NCBI GenBank assembly: GCA_052327205.1 | Contig: CM126223.1 | Coordinates: forward strand, 62,806,001 to 62,870,000 | From: Somniosus microcephalus | Taxonomy: Eukaryota | Reading direction: 5' to 3' | Length of the DNA: 64,000 nucleotides | Shown: positions 48,968 to 62,345 of the stretch, one piece after another | Position numbering within the stretch: position 1 is the first letter of the stretch | Layout of the letters: every line of letters begins with the position of its first letter | Position numbers and translations under genes: made by a program | The notes under the pieces: generated by a model | Databases searched by the model: none | What the model was told of the DNA's origin: nothing | What the model saw: only the letters and a program-made list of their open reading frames with translations

Positions 48968-50506
48968 GTTCCTTGTGATGCCCAAGGCCACTGACCTGAC
49001 TTGAACAGGGTTAATCTGGTTTTAGTTGTGGATAATTCTGCTATTTTTAATCAAGTGTTTCAGGAATGGAGTTCTGTCATTTGCTTCCACCTTGGTGTGC
49101 ACACGCGTGCACTGATTTCTGGGTTCAAGTAGGCTTGCATGCATCGGGTGACATTTTCTCACCCAAAATGTTAATTCTTTTTAAAACGGCTTGTCCAGTG
49201 AGAGATATTACGATGATCTCCATCACTGATTATCAGGCCTGCATCACCAAGTACAAAATACCGTTTAGTGTCTATTCTCTTGAAATTGGAATCCAGCACC
49301 CAAATCAATAGTCCAACGTATCCTATGTTAGCTAAAGTTACTGCCATTGAGGCAGCAGGTAGACCTCTTGATGGATCAGGTGGTAAAACATCATCAGAAC
49401 TGACACATCTACAGCCTCTGCATTGCCTTTAGTGTAGCTTGCTTGAGGGAGAGAGCGTGACATCCGCAAGAAGATTTATACAGTACAGCTAACGATGCAA
49501 TGTTGTGAGTAAATGTTGAATGTTGCGTGCTAAACTACTAGCTCATTCCACAAAAGCAAAGCCAGTTGACTTCATTTTTAAGCTATAAAAGTGTTGACAT
49601 TTGTCGGCGTGTGTTTTGGCACTTCTCTAACCTATCCTCAGTGCTCCGCTACACAGTTAATTTATGTTTCCTGGTGTCTCAAATGTCAAAACAGTGGGAG
49701 AAAATGTACTTCGCAACTTTACAGATGGAGCATTCATCCAAGATGCGAAGTGCAATATGTTTCCTTTTGCAAGCCTCGATGCCAGTGAGGAAGAAATGTT
49801 CCATCGGTTGTTAATGAACGCGTGACCAATGTAAGGATGTAGGTGACCCTCTGACCTAATTAACCCTTTAAAGCAGTCAGCAAGTGATTAACTTTCTTGC
49901 CTAGTATTTTCATATTAAGAAAATAGGTGGTCACGGCACACGGTGAATTGCAATGTTTGCATTGTTCTTGGTTCTGGCGATGGGTGTGGTGGAAGGAGGG
50001 GAGGGGTTGGTCCGCAGTGATCCAGAGGCCTAAAAGAGGACAAGAGACTCTGCCCAAGTCTGTGATTGATTCTCCGACCCACCATGTTGGTATACATAAA
50101 ATCAGAAGAGCGACCTCCACTGGTTGTTCAAAGGATGCTATATGAGGCTGCTGCACGATAGGAGGTGTAAAATTTATAGATAAATAATCTTTGGACTTTT
50201 TCCCAATTCTTCTTCTCCTGAAGATGTTGACTCCTTGCTAAGGGTACCGTTGTATCGGTATGGGTAACCCTTCAATGCCCTCCCCCAAATGGCCAATCTT
50301 CGTCTATGAGAATAGACAGTGGGGGCCCACAGGCTATTTGAATGTGAAGGGCATTGGAAATTTGCAAGATTTGGACATTAATCGCTTGAATCTGGCAGAA
50401 TTTCAGGCTGTGGGATTGGACTCCTAACCAGGAGTAGATAGTAATTCTTGAAACAGTCCAGGAAACTACAACTGCATGCAACAGTTTCAAGAGCAAAAAC
50501 AAATCA

Positions 50507-50825
50507 CAGGAAACTTTCGATTTACCGGCACCTAAATAACCGGAAATCTCGGTTAACCGGCAAAATTCAGGAGTAGGTTCAGGTAACTTTTTTTATTACT
50601 TGCCTTCCTCCATTTGTTGCTGTGCAAGGGTGTGGCTGCAGCTGTTGCTAAGCTACAGAGACGCTTGCAACTTGTGGCCATTGTTCTGAAGCTAACGGGG
50701 TTTGTTGCTTTATACGGCGCTCTCAGCTCTCCGTATCTTTTACTATAGCTTTCGGTTATCCGGAATTTTTGATGAACCGGCACCACGTCGGTCCCGTCCG
50801 TGCCAGATTTAAAAAAAGTTTCCTG
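50507..50825 (+). mobile_element. Tigger/pogo-like MITE
   Basis: TIRs CAGGAAACTTT / AAAGTTTCCTG; homologous to 54950-55267; flanked by CA on both sides. Confidence 0.8.
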
Positions 50826-53669
50826 CATTTTATTTATTCTGCTGAAGAGACTCTGAAGTGAGAGACTAGATTGCAGCTAACTTTCTCCCCCCCCCCCCCC
50901 CCCCCCGGATATCTCACACACTGAGCCCTCATTTCAGTCTATCTTGACGGCCATTGAATACGCATGTCATGATAAACATGTGTTTTGTGTAGTTTCTCCA
51001 TTCTAGGGGCTCCTAAGCAATGGGTATTTGTTGTATTGGACAGCATTTCAAAGTGAGGGATCAGCAGTGGGTCTTGTTGCAAAAGTCACCATTGCATATC
51101 CGTGAATCGGGTTCAGTGAGCTAGTTCTTCTAAAATAAATTCCTACTGTGTATAGTGGTGATAAGCAAGCGTCAACAGTATCTACTCTAGGAATTGTCTC
51201 TGGTTGGACTTTGCAGATGAGTAGTTGTTTACAGACTGGTAACATGGTCCTCCCTTTCCCTATGGGCTGTATGAAGAGGTCCATATGGGTTTTATAAAGA
51301 ATACATACTTTGTAAGACGCTTTTAAAATTGGAATAAAACTTAGAAAATAAATAAGCTCTGTTGTGGCTTTGGAAAATTATAGTGTATGTGCAGAGATAT
51401 TCTTCTGTGCCTTAAATTGCTGATCAAATGAATTTCCACAGAGCCTTCTAATCCGTCACATTTTAGATACATGTTGTGGACATTCCAGTAGCACTGCATC
51501 CATGCACAAGTAAGCCCTATACTGTAATGTTACCCATTTAGTGCTTGAATGTAAATCTGGCAGCCGATTAGCCGTATAATACGAGGGTGTGGCGAAGGCT
51601 GTGGAATCTATGGCCCCATTGAGCGGTCTCTCTCGGACCCAAGTCAAATGGTGGTCTTTGCATGAATCCGTGTTGTGTTGGCTCCAATATATAAAAGCGA
51701 GAACTGATCCAATGTGAATGTTAACTGCGCTGTTGGCACAAATTCAACTCTCCCAGGCTGTTGGAGAGAGCTGCACCAGTAACTGGCTTGAATTTGTGTG
51801 GCTGGGAGCAGTGAGGCCACGCGTACGGAGTGCTCCCAAGTTTTCTGAAGCACTGGAAGGTGCCGGAACACGAAGATGCCCAGGCATGTGGTGTTTCAAG
51901 ATTTGGGGGGAGCCGGAATGCTAGATAAGCGTAGCGGGCGCAAGTGAAGTGATTAAATATGACTTCACTCGTGGGGGGCTTGCACTATTGTATTGTTATT
52001 GCAGGAGAGAAATTGTACTTTAATACTTTGCTGGCTACTGTTTAAAAAATTGGAAATATTCCTTGCTGTGCAAGTTAGCTAAAATCTATTTTAAACCTTC
52101 AGAATCTTGAATTCCTACTAGTTATTTGCATCAGGCTTTAATTTATTTTTAGATGAAGAAAATAAGGATATAATTTCTTTTAACTTCAAAAAATAAATCC
52201 AAGTGTGTCGATTGAAGTTCATAAATGGGGCACTATGAATCATGAAGAATATCTAATTTAACAAGTGACAATCTATTATGTATTACACTGGTTATTAAAC
52301 CCCATGTCTGTGCGGGCTCATCGCCGTCATTTGTCAGGGACCGGTCTCTGTCCTGAAGGTATTATTTTGTTCCAGCGGCTTTATTATTTTCCAATTTTAC
52401 TGTCTGATTTCACACAGCGGGGATAGGTGATCTGTCCAAATTGATAGATTTTCGATGTAACCTTAAAGGAGACTGCAGCGTGCTTTTTAAAAAAAAAAAA
52501 AAAAAATGAAAACCATTTGCATTGCTCCATCCTCGACCAACATACATACGTGTGTGTGTGTGTGTGTGGTTGCTGTTATAATGATACATTTAAAAAGAAA
52601 CTAATAAGTGCATGCTGTAAATTAGCAATTCTAAATGAAGAAAGCCACTGCTGGCCGGCCACGGCTAACTGGTGCCTCAGCACTCCCAGATCATGACTAG
52701 ACATTATTTCATATCGACAGCTCTTTGCAGTGATGAGGTTACTGTGTCTGGAGATCCCATTCACTTTTCAAAGCTGTAACAGGGCATCGGGAGCGTTGAA
52801 GGGTTGCTGAGAGAATTCTGCAGCGATGCCGCCTTTCCTGCGCGCCCCCCCCCCCCCCCAAAGCCTGATTTCAATTTCTCTTTTTTTTCTTTCCCTGCCT
52901 ATTTTCTTGCCTATCCTCCTCCTCATGATACTGAATCTTTGCTGAAGTACAATTCTCTGGGTGCCACTCGCCCCCCCCGCCCCCCCCCCCCACCTACCTT
53001 GCCCAAGTGTGCATTTTTCTTTTGTGCCAGCCCTGCAGGTTGGCAACAACAACTTGCATTTATGTAGTGCCTTTAATGTAGTGAAACATCTCGAGCGCAA
53101 AGCAGAAAAAAAATGGCCGACAATTTGATCTGGCGTGGGGAGGGGCATCACCAGCAAGTCTTGTCTGCGCCCGACAGTCACGTGTGCACATTTTCAGCAG
53201 GAGTCACTAGCTAGCAATAGCTCGTGGGACTCACGCTCACACTGAGGGCACACCCCAATTATATAGTGCTCTTCACCCAGCACTGTTCAGATGTGTAATG
53301 GATCGAAAGGGCAGGCCGGAATAATCTGTTAGCCTTTACTTCACTGTCAAAAGTGAACTCCTCCTGCATATTAAATCTTTACCTGCCAGCCGCATACACA
53401 ACTACTGCAGTCAGTCAAGCCCAGCTTGTGTGTATCTCTTTTTTAAGGCTGCTGTGTTAATTCAGTCATCACTAACATTTTGTTTTAAAGAAGAAAAACT
53501 AGAAGTGCTCTTTTGAGGCACTGTATGTCCCTAGATTTATCTCCATTTAGGGCGAATGGAAATTTAGCCTCGAGTTCCGCTGGTACCTCAGTTAATTTAC
53601 AGAGTTGCGCGTTCTGCCAGAGGTCCGGTGAGAATTTACGACTTGTACCATACTCCCATTCTTTTTTTC

Positions 53670-53900
53670 CTCAAAGATGCATTACCTCATGCTTATCCAC
53701 ATTAAATTGCATCTGCCATCTGTCTGCCCAATCCACTAGCGTGTCTGTTTTTCTGAAGTTGTTTACAATCCTCCTTGCTGTTTGCCAAATCGCCTCCTTT
53801 GGTGTCATCAGCAGCAAATTCTGAGCCTGTAGTCCCGATACACAGATCCAAATAATTTTTTTATAATTCCTGGGATACACTATTTCCAACCTGAGCACCA
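53670..53900 (-). mobile_element. old CR1 RT fragment
   Basis: Translation LVDWADRWQMQFNVDK.EVMHL. Confidence 0.7.
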
Positions 53901-54457
53901 TTTACCCTAACTCTTACCTATCATTTGTTACGCAATGTAATGTGAAAATACCGGACACTGACCAAAGGAGTTCATTCAAAAGCAATATGGGGCTTTGACG
54001 CGAGAGTAACTCCCAGGGTACATCAATAGCAGATTCCCCTCCAGATCGAGCCTTCCAGTCCATTCTCTTTAAAACCACAAAAAAGTTTTATTAAAGGGGC
54101 ACTGTCTTTATTTTAATAAAATGCCTGGCAAACTTTGCTGCTTGACATTCAATCCAATTGCATAAACTGGGTCAAACCCCATGCTAAACCCAGTTACACG
54201 TGACACTGTGACAAAAATGATGGATAGTCCCTCGTGCTCTCTTTCTGTCAAAAGCTTCCCCCCACCAAAAGAGAAAATGTTTCCCAAGTACATTTTTATT
54301 GAAGGTAGCGCTCCTGTTGAGGAAAATACGCAACATTTTAATTTCTCAAGTTTCTGTTTCCATAGCCACAAGTGCAAGGAAATGCCATGAATTGCGAGTA
54401 TTTACTTCCATCGCCAGACCGTGAGCACGGAGTTTGTGTTAATAGACACCGACTGTT

Positions 54458-54519
54458 GTAATCTGGATGCGAGAGACTCTGGTCATGGGTAATCTGGATG
54501 CGAGAGACTCTGGTCGTGG
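54458..54519. repeat. 31-bp tandem duplication
   Basis: GTAATCTGGATGCGAGAGACTCTGGTCRTGG occurs twice. Confidence 0.9.
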
Positions 54520-54949
54520 GTTTAACATAGCGAATGCCACTAAAAGCAGTTATGTGACCCCTGCCCAACCCCTTTGTGGGAATAATCCAGTAGAGCATAA
54601 ACATACATTTTAGTCATAAATATGAACTTTGTTCCAGTACATTAAGTGCAGTTTTGCAATTTAGAACCAAATTGCTTCAGTGAAACATGTCGCTCTGTTG
54701 GGACTTTGGATGATTTTTGTTGGATTCTAGAATAGAGAAATTAAAAGGAGAGTCTGAGAAATCACGAGAAACCAACAGCACAGACTGTGTGACTGTACAG
54801 TGTTAACTGTTCTGGAGAGCAAACCTACGCACAGGACTTCAGCCAGGGAAGCTGACTCTGGGCAAAGTAGGATATTGAGTTCTGCATCTACAGTTCATTT
54901 GCCCCAAAATACCACATACAGTATATTTAAGACGTGACTAAAGGGACTA

Positions 54950-55267
54950 CAGGAAACTTTCGATTTACCGGCACCTAAATAAATCTCGGTTAACCGGCAA
55001 AATTCAGGAGTAGGTTCAGGCAAGTTTTACTTCATGTTGTACTTTCCTTCCTCGATCTGTTGCTGTGCGAGGGTGTGGCTGCAGCTGTTGCGAAGCTACA
55101 GAGACGCTTGGAACTTGTGGCCATTGTTCTGCATTTGTTGCTAAGCAACAGAGTTTGTTGCTTTATACGGAGCTGTCAGCTCTCCCTATCTTACTATAGC
55201 TTTCGGTTATCCGGAATTTTTGATGAACCAGCGCCCCGTCGGTGCCAGATTAAAAAAAAGTTTCCTG
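54950..55267 (+). mobile_element. Tigger/pogo-like MITE
   Basis: TA|CAGGAAACTTT...AAAGTTTCCTG|TA, with a TA TSD. Confidence 0.85.
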
Positions 55268-56250
55268 TATTCCAAAGCAGCAGCTTGAGTTGTGTATATA
55301 AATGCGCAAAGCACCGTTAATCCATCTCGTCCCATCCTAATGGTCTCTGCTGTGCCTGCCCTCGGCCCCCTTCTACTACAGTCATCTATATACTCCAATA
55401 AATAACTTCTTGTGGTTTTAAATGCTTAAAAACAGCTGTTCTGAAATTTGCAGTAAATCCTTAATTCATTATTGCAGCTAAATCTGTTCATGCCGAAAGA
55501 GAGAGAGCGAGAGAGAGGCAAGTTTACAACTTGACTGTTTTGAGGGCACCAGCTGAACTGCAGTTCATTAAAGGGGCAAAACTAGTTTTCTGCAGATTGC
55601 TGTTCTGCTAATGCGGCTGCTGTGCGTGGATTTGTTCAGAGATGTGGGATGTCTCTTAAGTGACTTGGTACCCGAGTGACTTAAGATACAGCCTCTTGCA
55701 CGGCTGTGGTAATCTTTCAGACACCTAGAAATATATAGAGCAGGCCCCTGAGAAACGTACCTGTAATTTTAACATCACCCCATCGGGTGGATTGCAGGGC
55801 TGATTGTTGCACTTTTCGATTTCCTTTTTTGCTCTGTCAAATGACTTGGAAAATAAAGCATTCAAATGCTGCAATCGGTCTCTGCAGGGGGCTCCTCGGT
55901 AAATATTTTACCTTTACAATATTAAGCCTCATTCATTTTCTCAAATAATGGAAGTCTGTACTGTCTTACAATTTGCTTTTGACATGTCTTGTAGTTAATT
56001 CTAAGAATCTCTGGCTCCCTCCAATGGCTCTGGGTTTTTTTATCCAGTAAGTAACCAAATTCCCAGCCAGGATTCCCGTTCCCGATTTTAGCTGGTCATT
56101 CATAGTTTGCCCACATAGCAACAGCACTTTGCTTCAAAGTACATTAGTTGCAACTGAAGCGCTCTGGGATGTCGAGAGAGAGAGAGATGATAAAGATGCG
56201 ATGTAAATGTGAATTTGTACATTTGTTCTTTCCTGATCACCAGATGCCTG

Positions 56251-56710
56251 TGTCAGCTGTGGCTCAGTGGGTAGCACCCTCGCCTCTGAGTCAGAAGGTT
56301 GTGGGTTCAAGTCCCACTCCAGAGACTTGAGTACAAAAATCTAGACTGGCTCTCCAGTGCAGTGCTGCACTGTCAGAGGTGTCATCTTTTGGATGAGACG
56401 TTAAACTCAGGCCCCGTCTGCGCTCTCAGGTGGACGTAGAAGATCCCACGGCCACTATTTTGAAGAAGAGCAGAAGGGAGTTATCCCCGGGTGTCCTGGC
56501 CAAAATTTCTCCCTCAATCAACATAACAAAAACAGATTATCTGGCCATTATCACATTGCTGTTTGTGGGAGCTTGCTGTGCACAAAATTGTCTGCCACGT
56601 TTCCCACGTTACAACAGTGACTACACTTCAAAAAGTACTTCACTGGCTGTAAAGCGCGTTGAGATGTCCGGTGGTCGTGAAAGGCGCTATATAAATGCAA
56701 GTCTTTCTTT
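56251..56710 (+). mobile_element. Deu-domain tRNA SINE (SacSINE1-like)
   Basis: Complete head, core and tail. Confidence 0.88.
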
Positions 56711-57679
56711 TACAACCGTGTCGGCGCCAAGTGAGGACTGGATCAGGTTCAACTGTCCTCTTTCTCTCATTTCTCCCCCCCCCCCCCCCCCCCCCGCCCC
56801 CTCACCCCTGCAGTCAAATAACCCATTTAAAGCTCATGGTCAAGACTCGGTATGGGAATAATGGCCTTGTGGGCGATGGACTGGAAAATGGCCAGCTACC
56901 CATGGGCATGTGTACCCTAGCGAGGTGTCGGCAGCTTCTGAAGAGGACGGTGGTGTAATTTGGGGAGGGGCTGAGGCGTGTGTTGGTCACGCGTCCATAT
57001 GGCTCCCATTTTGTCAGGCAGTAAGTCCATTCTATTGCCTGCGTTATTCAGAGTATAGATGTCGCAGCATCTATAGTCGGCCCCGCACCCTTCACCATGA
57101 CCTCTGACGGTACCGGGATAATTGAACTCCTCACCAGTGATGCTGTATAAACACCCTTGCTGCTTCACATGTTTTAAGGCTCCTGAAGGAGGGTGTCCTA
57201 GAGAAGCTTGTTTGTGTATTTAGTTAGTACAGTAGTAGGGCCATTTAGGACACCTCTTGACATTTTGACTGGTTTACTGTCAAGAGCTAATCAATAATGA
57301 GCATTACACTGACTCAACAGTTTTTTTTAAACAAGGGTAATTATGGGCCTGGGGCATCAATCTGCTGCCAGAGCGTAAAGTGCTTTTGTGGGGCGCACTT
57401 GAACAGAGAGTACCATTATTTGTATGCACTTAATAGAATGGGCATCAATAGAAATTCATTTGGAGGGGCTGTGGGCAGAGGGGGAATTGTGACATTAAAT
57501 AATAAAGCACTTAACAGCTACATAGAAAAGGCACTGATTATTTAAATTGGTGAGAGCGTGGAATTGGATTTAATTGAGAATTTGAGTCAATCCAGGCGTT
57601 CAAAGCATTTGTCACTTGTAGTGCCGACTGGACACAACCATTGACCTTTTAGCAGCGTTCGGCTCCCACTTTGGATTTA

Positions 57680-57859
57680 TAAACCTCCCTGAACTGCTCC
57701 GCCTCTTTACCTCTCTATCTCTTTTAAGATGCTCCTTAAAACCTACCTCTTCGATCAAGCTTTTGGTCACCTGTCCTGATATCTCCTTCTGTGGCTCAGT
57801 GTCAAAAATGTTGTTTTATTGATATTGCTCTTGTTAATGTTTAGGACGTTTTACTATGT
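57680..57859 (+). mobile_element. L2 3' fragment
   Basis: CTCCTTAAAACCTACCTCTTCGATCAAGCTTTTGGTCACCTG (LLKTYLFDQAF). Confidence 0.75.
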
Positions 57860-58410
57860 CAACAACAACAATTTGTATTTATATAGCGCCTTTAACATCG
57901 TAAAAAGTCCCAAGGCACTGCACAGGAGTATTCTAAGACAAAAAAATTGACACCGAGCCACATAAGGGTAAATTAGGGCAGGTGACCAAAAGCTTGGTCA
58001 AAGAGGTAAGTTTTAAGGAGCGTCTTAAAGGAGGAAGGCGGTGGGGAGGTTTAGGGAGGGAATTCCAGAGCTTAGGGCCTTGGCAACATCAGGCACGGCC
58101 ACCAATGGTTGAGCGATTTATAATCAGGAATGCTCAAGAGGGCAGAATTGAGGAGCGCAGATATCTCTGGGTGGGGGGAGAGGGTGAGGTTGTAGGGCTG
58201 AAGGAGATTAGAGATAGGGAGGGGTGAGGCCATGGAGGGATTTGAAAACAAGGATGAGAATTTTGAAATTGAGGCATTGCTTAACCGGGAGCCAATGTAG
58301 GTCAGCGAGCACAAGGGTGATGGGTGAACGGGACTTGGTGCGAGTTAGGACACGGGCAGCCGAGTTTTGGATAACATCAAGTTTACGTAGGGTAGAACTT
58401 GGGAGGTCAG
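57860..58410 (-). mobile_element. L2 LINE 3' fragment (RT C-terminus + tail)
   Basis: LPSSTLRKLDVIQNSAARVLTRT...LADLHWLPV...FKILILVFKSLHG; (TTG)n tail. Confidence 0.9.
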
Positions 58411-58529
58411 AAATGGAGTGCCATAACACTGTTGGATTTTTAATAAAGAAACTATATGTAATCAAAAAAATCTCTGCCATGCATATATAGCATTTGTTTT
58501 CAAAAGTGGATTTTTTTTCCTGATAAATA

Positions 58530-58690
58530 CATGCTTTTAAAGGGGAATTGGGTATATATTTGAAAAGGAGAAATTTCCAGGGCTATGGGTGGAGGAGGAG
58601 GGGGGCAAGCATTCAAGTGTGATTAATTGGCTAGCTCTCGACACGATGGGCCGAATGGCCGCCTCCTGTGTTGTATGATTCTATGCTATC
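58530..58690 (+). mobile_element. CR1 3' tail
   Basis: ACGATGGGCCGAATGGCCGCCTCCTGTGTTGTATGATTCTATG. Confidence 0.7.
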
Positions 58691-60282
58691 TGGGCAGTTA
58701 TGTCATCTCTGGGTTCAGGCGACCGTTAGAAACCACTTGGCTGCCCCTCTTCTATTTAAATACAAGACTGAATGCAATAGGCCGTTGGAGTGGATTCTGT
58801 TGGCTGGCTATAAATAGCACTGTTAATGCACGTCGTGCTTTCTTGACGTGCAGTGTATTCTGGGTGTTGACTGTGGAGCTGAGACGAGGGGCATCAACCT
58901 CAAGATAGTACCTTGGATGGATCACACTGTTGCCTGACAGTGATGAGCCAGAAGGCCAACACTCTTGATATTTTCCCTCCATTTTGCTCCCCCTCTCCTA
59001 AAGGCACTGACTTGCTGTGTGTGCTACAATTTGACCTGTATAACTTTTCGGCCCTTCTTTCAATTTTCTCTCTCTTTCTCCTCGGTTTCCCCCCCCCCCC
59101 CCCCCCCAACCGAAGGCGCTAACTCGCTATTGGGGTGCGGTCCCCTGGTCTGGCGGGCCTCTGCTACAGTTGCTGTGTTAAATGTCTATCCTTTTTGATC
59201 AGAGCAGAGTGAACTGAAAAAGCCGAGAGATGGGGGGGGAGAGAGAGCGTGCGAGAGAGACGGCTAATTTTAGAACAGGCCTGAGTTGTTCTTCAGTTGT
59301 CGGTATGCTGTCACTATAATTAACTATCTCAAAATGAAGCCACGTAGGATGATGGAAGGAGGTCACTGCTTGCTGACGGCTGAAACAACACTTTTTTTCC
59401 CCCCACATGTTTCAGTCTGTGGAGCCATGAGGGCTGCCTTCTGCACAGGGGACGCCAACTCTGTTAATGAGCAAGACGCCTGAATTTGCAGATTGTGCAT
59501 GTCAGCAATACATGACTTGCCGTACAAGCCTATTCTGCCATTTGGGAAATCAAAGGTCCATAGTTTTTATGCTATTGGTTGCCTGCAAGCACAGATTACC
59601 TACAACTTTACATCCTGTTAGTGTGGCTGGCTGTGTTTAGTTAAAACAGCACTTTGCAGCGAATCTGGGGTCTACCTTGATTGGAGCCTTTCTTTTAGTT
59701 GTCAAAGAAATAATAAGCTTTGAATCGAAATATTATTTGAATGAAGGGCTCCTGTGAGAATAAAGCATATTTCGAAATGGAAGAAAAATGTAATACTTGA
59801 AATCTTATCGGTTATTGTAATTCCTTCGTGGTGTAGAAATTTTAAACCAAAAGAGCAGAGAGATTTGCTGTGAACAGTGGCAGAAATGAACCAATCCTAT
59901 TCCAAAACAGTCAAATCCCATAGAGCAATGTGCCCTCATCCAATCTGATCGCAGCGCCATCTTTCCATCAGTCACAAAAAACAGCCAACCTACAATAACC
60001 TTCCTAGAGAAACTGTTGTATACGGCTGTCATACAGTTCCTTACTTTCACGATATACCCCTGCTACGGGATAGTGCCACACTCTCTCCACCCATACTTTG
60101 CTTTACACTTTAATTTCTCTCCAGCCCTTCTCCCCAGTAATGCCCAGCCTGATGCCTCATCTTATTTTCCAGTGACTTCCAAAGTCTGCTTCGAGCTGAC
60201 TCTAAGCTCTCTCTCTCTCTCTCTGGATTCCATGCTGCTGAATGATGTCAGCAAGTGACGCCGCCGTGGTGACTCCATATTA

Positions 60283-60463
60283 ACCACCTGAGGGGGCAGA
60301 CAGGGCCTCGGTCTAATGTCTCATCTGACGGCCCAGTGCTCCCTCAGCACTGCACTGGGAGCGTCAGCCTAGAGTATGTGCTCAAGTCTCTGGAGTGGGA
60401 CTTGTACCCACAACTTTCTGACTCCGAGGCGAGAGTGTGCTACCAACTGCGCCACGGCTGACA
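60283..60463 (-). mobile_element. Deu-SINE 5' half
   Basis: tRNA head and start of the core. Confidence 0.8.
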
Positions 60464-61699
60464 CTTTCAAGACTGGTTTCTGCATTGATCCCAGGAATAA
60501 TTATTTAATGTGTGTACAAACACGTAAACATTCAGGAAAACTTGCATTTTATCAGGCATCTCATCACATCTCTCAACATCCAAACACTTTATGGTAAATT
60601 ACTTTGAAGCGCAGTCACAGTTATGAAGGCAAGTGTGACGGCCCACTTTGTGCACAGCAAGATCCTTTAATTAGCAATGAGATTAAATTGTCCAGTAAAT
60701 ATTCTGGGACGGTCAGGAGACATTGCATAGCATTGCAGAATTTCAGGATGCACTTACTGTGTGCTAAGTGGCCAGCGATGACATTCATCCACGCCTGAGC
60801 CTGCTATACAGGCAAAAGAGAGCCACCTCAATTTGTTGCTATACAGATCCTGAGCCCAATCCCCCTCCCCATTCCTACATGACAGCGCTTGTGATCAGAG
60901 TGCACAAATGAGGGTCACAGAGAGAATCCCACTGGATTTGATGCTTTTTGCATTGATCCGATCAGAAGCCCTCTAAAAATCCAGATCAATTATTCAATCA
61001 TGTACAGCTCATAAATCTAAAGGAAATAATTCAGTCCGCGGCTGTGCTCTGAGACTGGAGCTGGGTTGCTTTTGTGTCTAAACAAATTCTAATTTGATTC
61101 ATGTAAACACTTAGTTTGAAAGAATTGTCCTGTTATCCGCTTTGTGTGTCTTCCCTCTTGAGAAGACATTCCGGGGCTGGGACACCGAACCCTACAGGTT
61201 CCAATATCCGCACAGATATTGCCGAAAAGTCTGTGCATCGGGGGAGCGAAATTCCTCCTTTTTCAAAAAGAAAATGGCACTGTGCCCATTTTCTTCTTGG
61301 TTAGTGAGCTGCTAACTGAAGCGCAGAAAGCAGTGGTTTTAAAATGTTCTGGTTTCTAAGGATGTACGGCCAGGGATTTCTCACTTCTCGGCTCGCCAGT
61401 TCCTGAATTCCACCTCTTTTTTTCCCCCCCGCCACCCAATTCACTTTATTGGATGGAAAATTGCGGCTGTGAAATTGGGGAAAATTCCGCAATCATTTGT
61501 TGGGTTATTAACTACAGGCTGAGGGTCGGGTGTCATCTCTGTTGTCAAGTAATGTGACGCAACTAATAAAAGTAAACCAGAACCTATTTCCACCTAGTTG
61601 CTGCCAGCTCGGTAATCGGGAATCGAGCTTCTCGTAACAATCTATAATGTAGTGGCTTTTTAGCGAAATGGAAGGTCCCCAGTAGCGTGAGTTGCAACT

Positions 61700-62345
61700 A
61701 CTGGGAGATCACCGGTTCAGTCCTCCCCCTTGAGTTAGCTGATCTCGGCTGGGGCCGGGTTGGGGGGTTGCCTTGATTGGTTCATTGTCAGTTGGTAGCA
61801 CTCTCGCTTCCCGAGTCAGAAGGTCGTGGGTTCAAGTCCCACCCCAGAGACTTGAGCAGGTTCATTGCACTGTCGGAGGTGCCCGTCTTTCGGACGGGAC
61901 CTTAACTGTGGTCCCATCTGTCCTCTTCGGGTGGATGTGAAAGAGTAACCAACCTCAACCAACACCACCTAACAGATTATCTGCTCCCTTATCTCATTGC
62001 TGCTTGTGGGAGCTTGCTGTGTGCAATTTGGCTGCTGCGTTTCCTACATTGCACCACTACACTTCAAAAGTCATTTGTTGGTTTGCGAAGGGTTTTGGGT
62101 CATCCTGAGTTTGTGAAAGGTGCCGTATTAATGCAAGTCCTTCCCTCCTCCTACCTTCTCCCCCTTAGCCCCCTCCCTCTTTCAATCTCCCTCTCCTCCA
62201 TCCCCTTACCTGCTTGGGGACTATCGGCCAGGGTTCCCCACTCCTGATTGCTAGCCACCGATCCCTATCGGAAGTGTCTGAGAAATCTGGATGAGGACCA
62301 GATTGGGCTTGGCTACTGCCTGAGCTTGAATTGTCTGCCAACAGT
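61700..62345 (+). mobile_element. old tRNA-like SINE (second family) split by a Deu-SINE
   Basis: Head (GGTTCAGTCC..TGAGTTAGCTGATCTC) at 61700-61775 and body (GGCCAGGGTTCCCCACTCCTGATTGCTA) at 62215-62345. Confidence 0.5.
61785..62142 (+). mobile_element. Deu-SINE with internal deletions
   Basis: GAGTCAGAAGGTCGTGGGTTCAAGTCCCAC head, core remnants and AATGCAAGTC tail. Confidence 0.75.
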
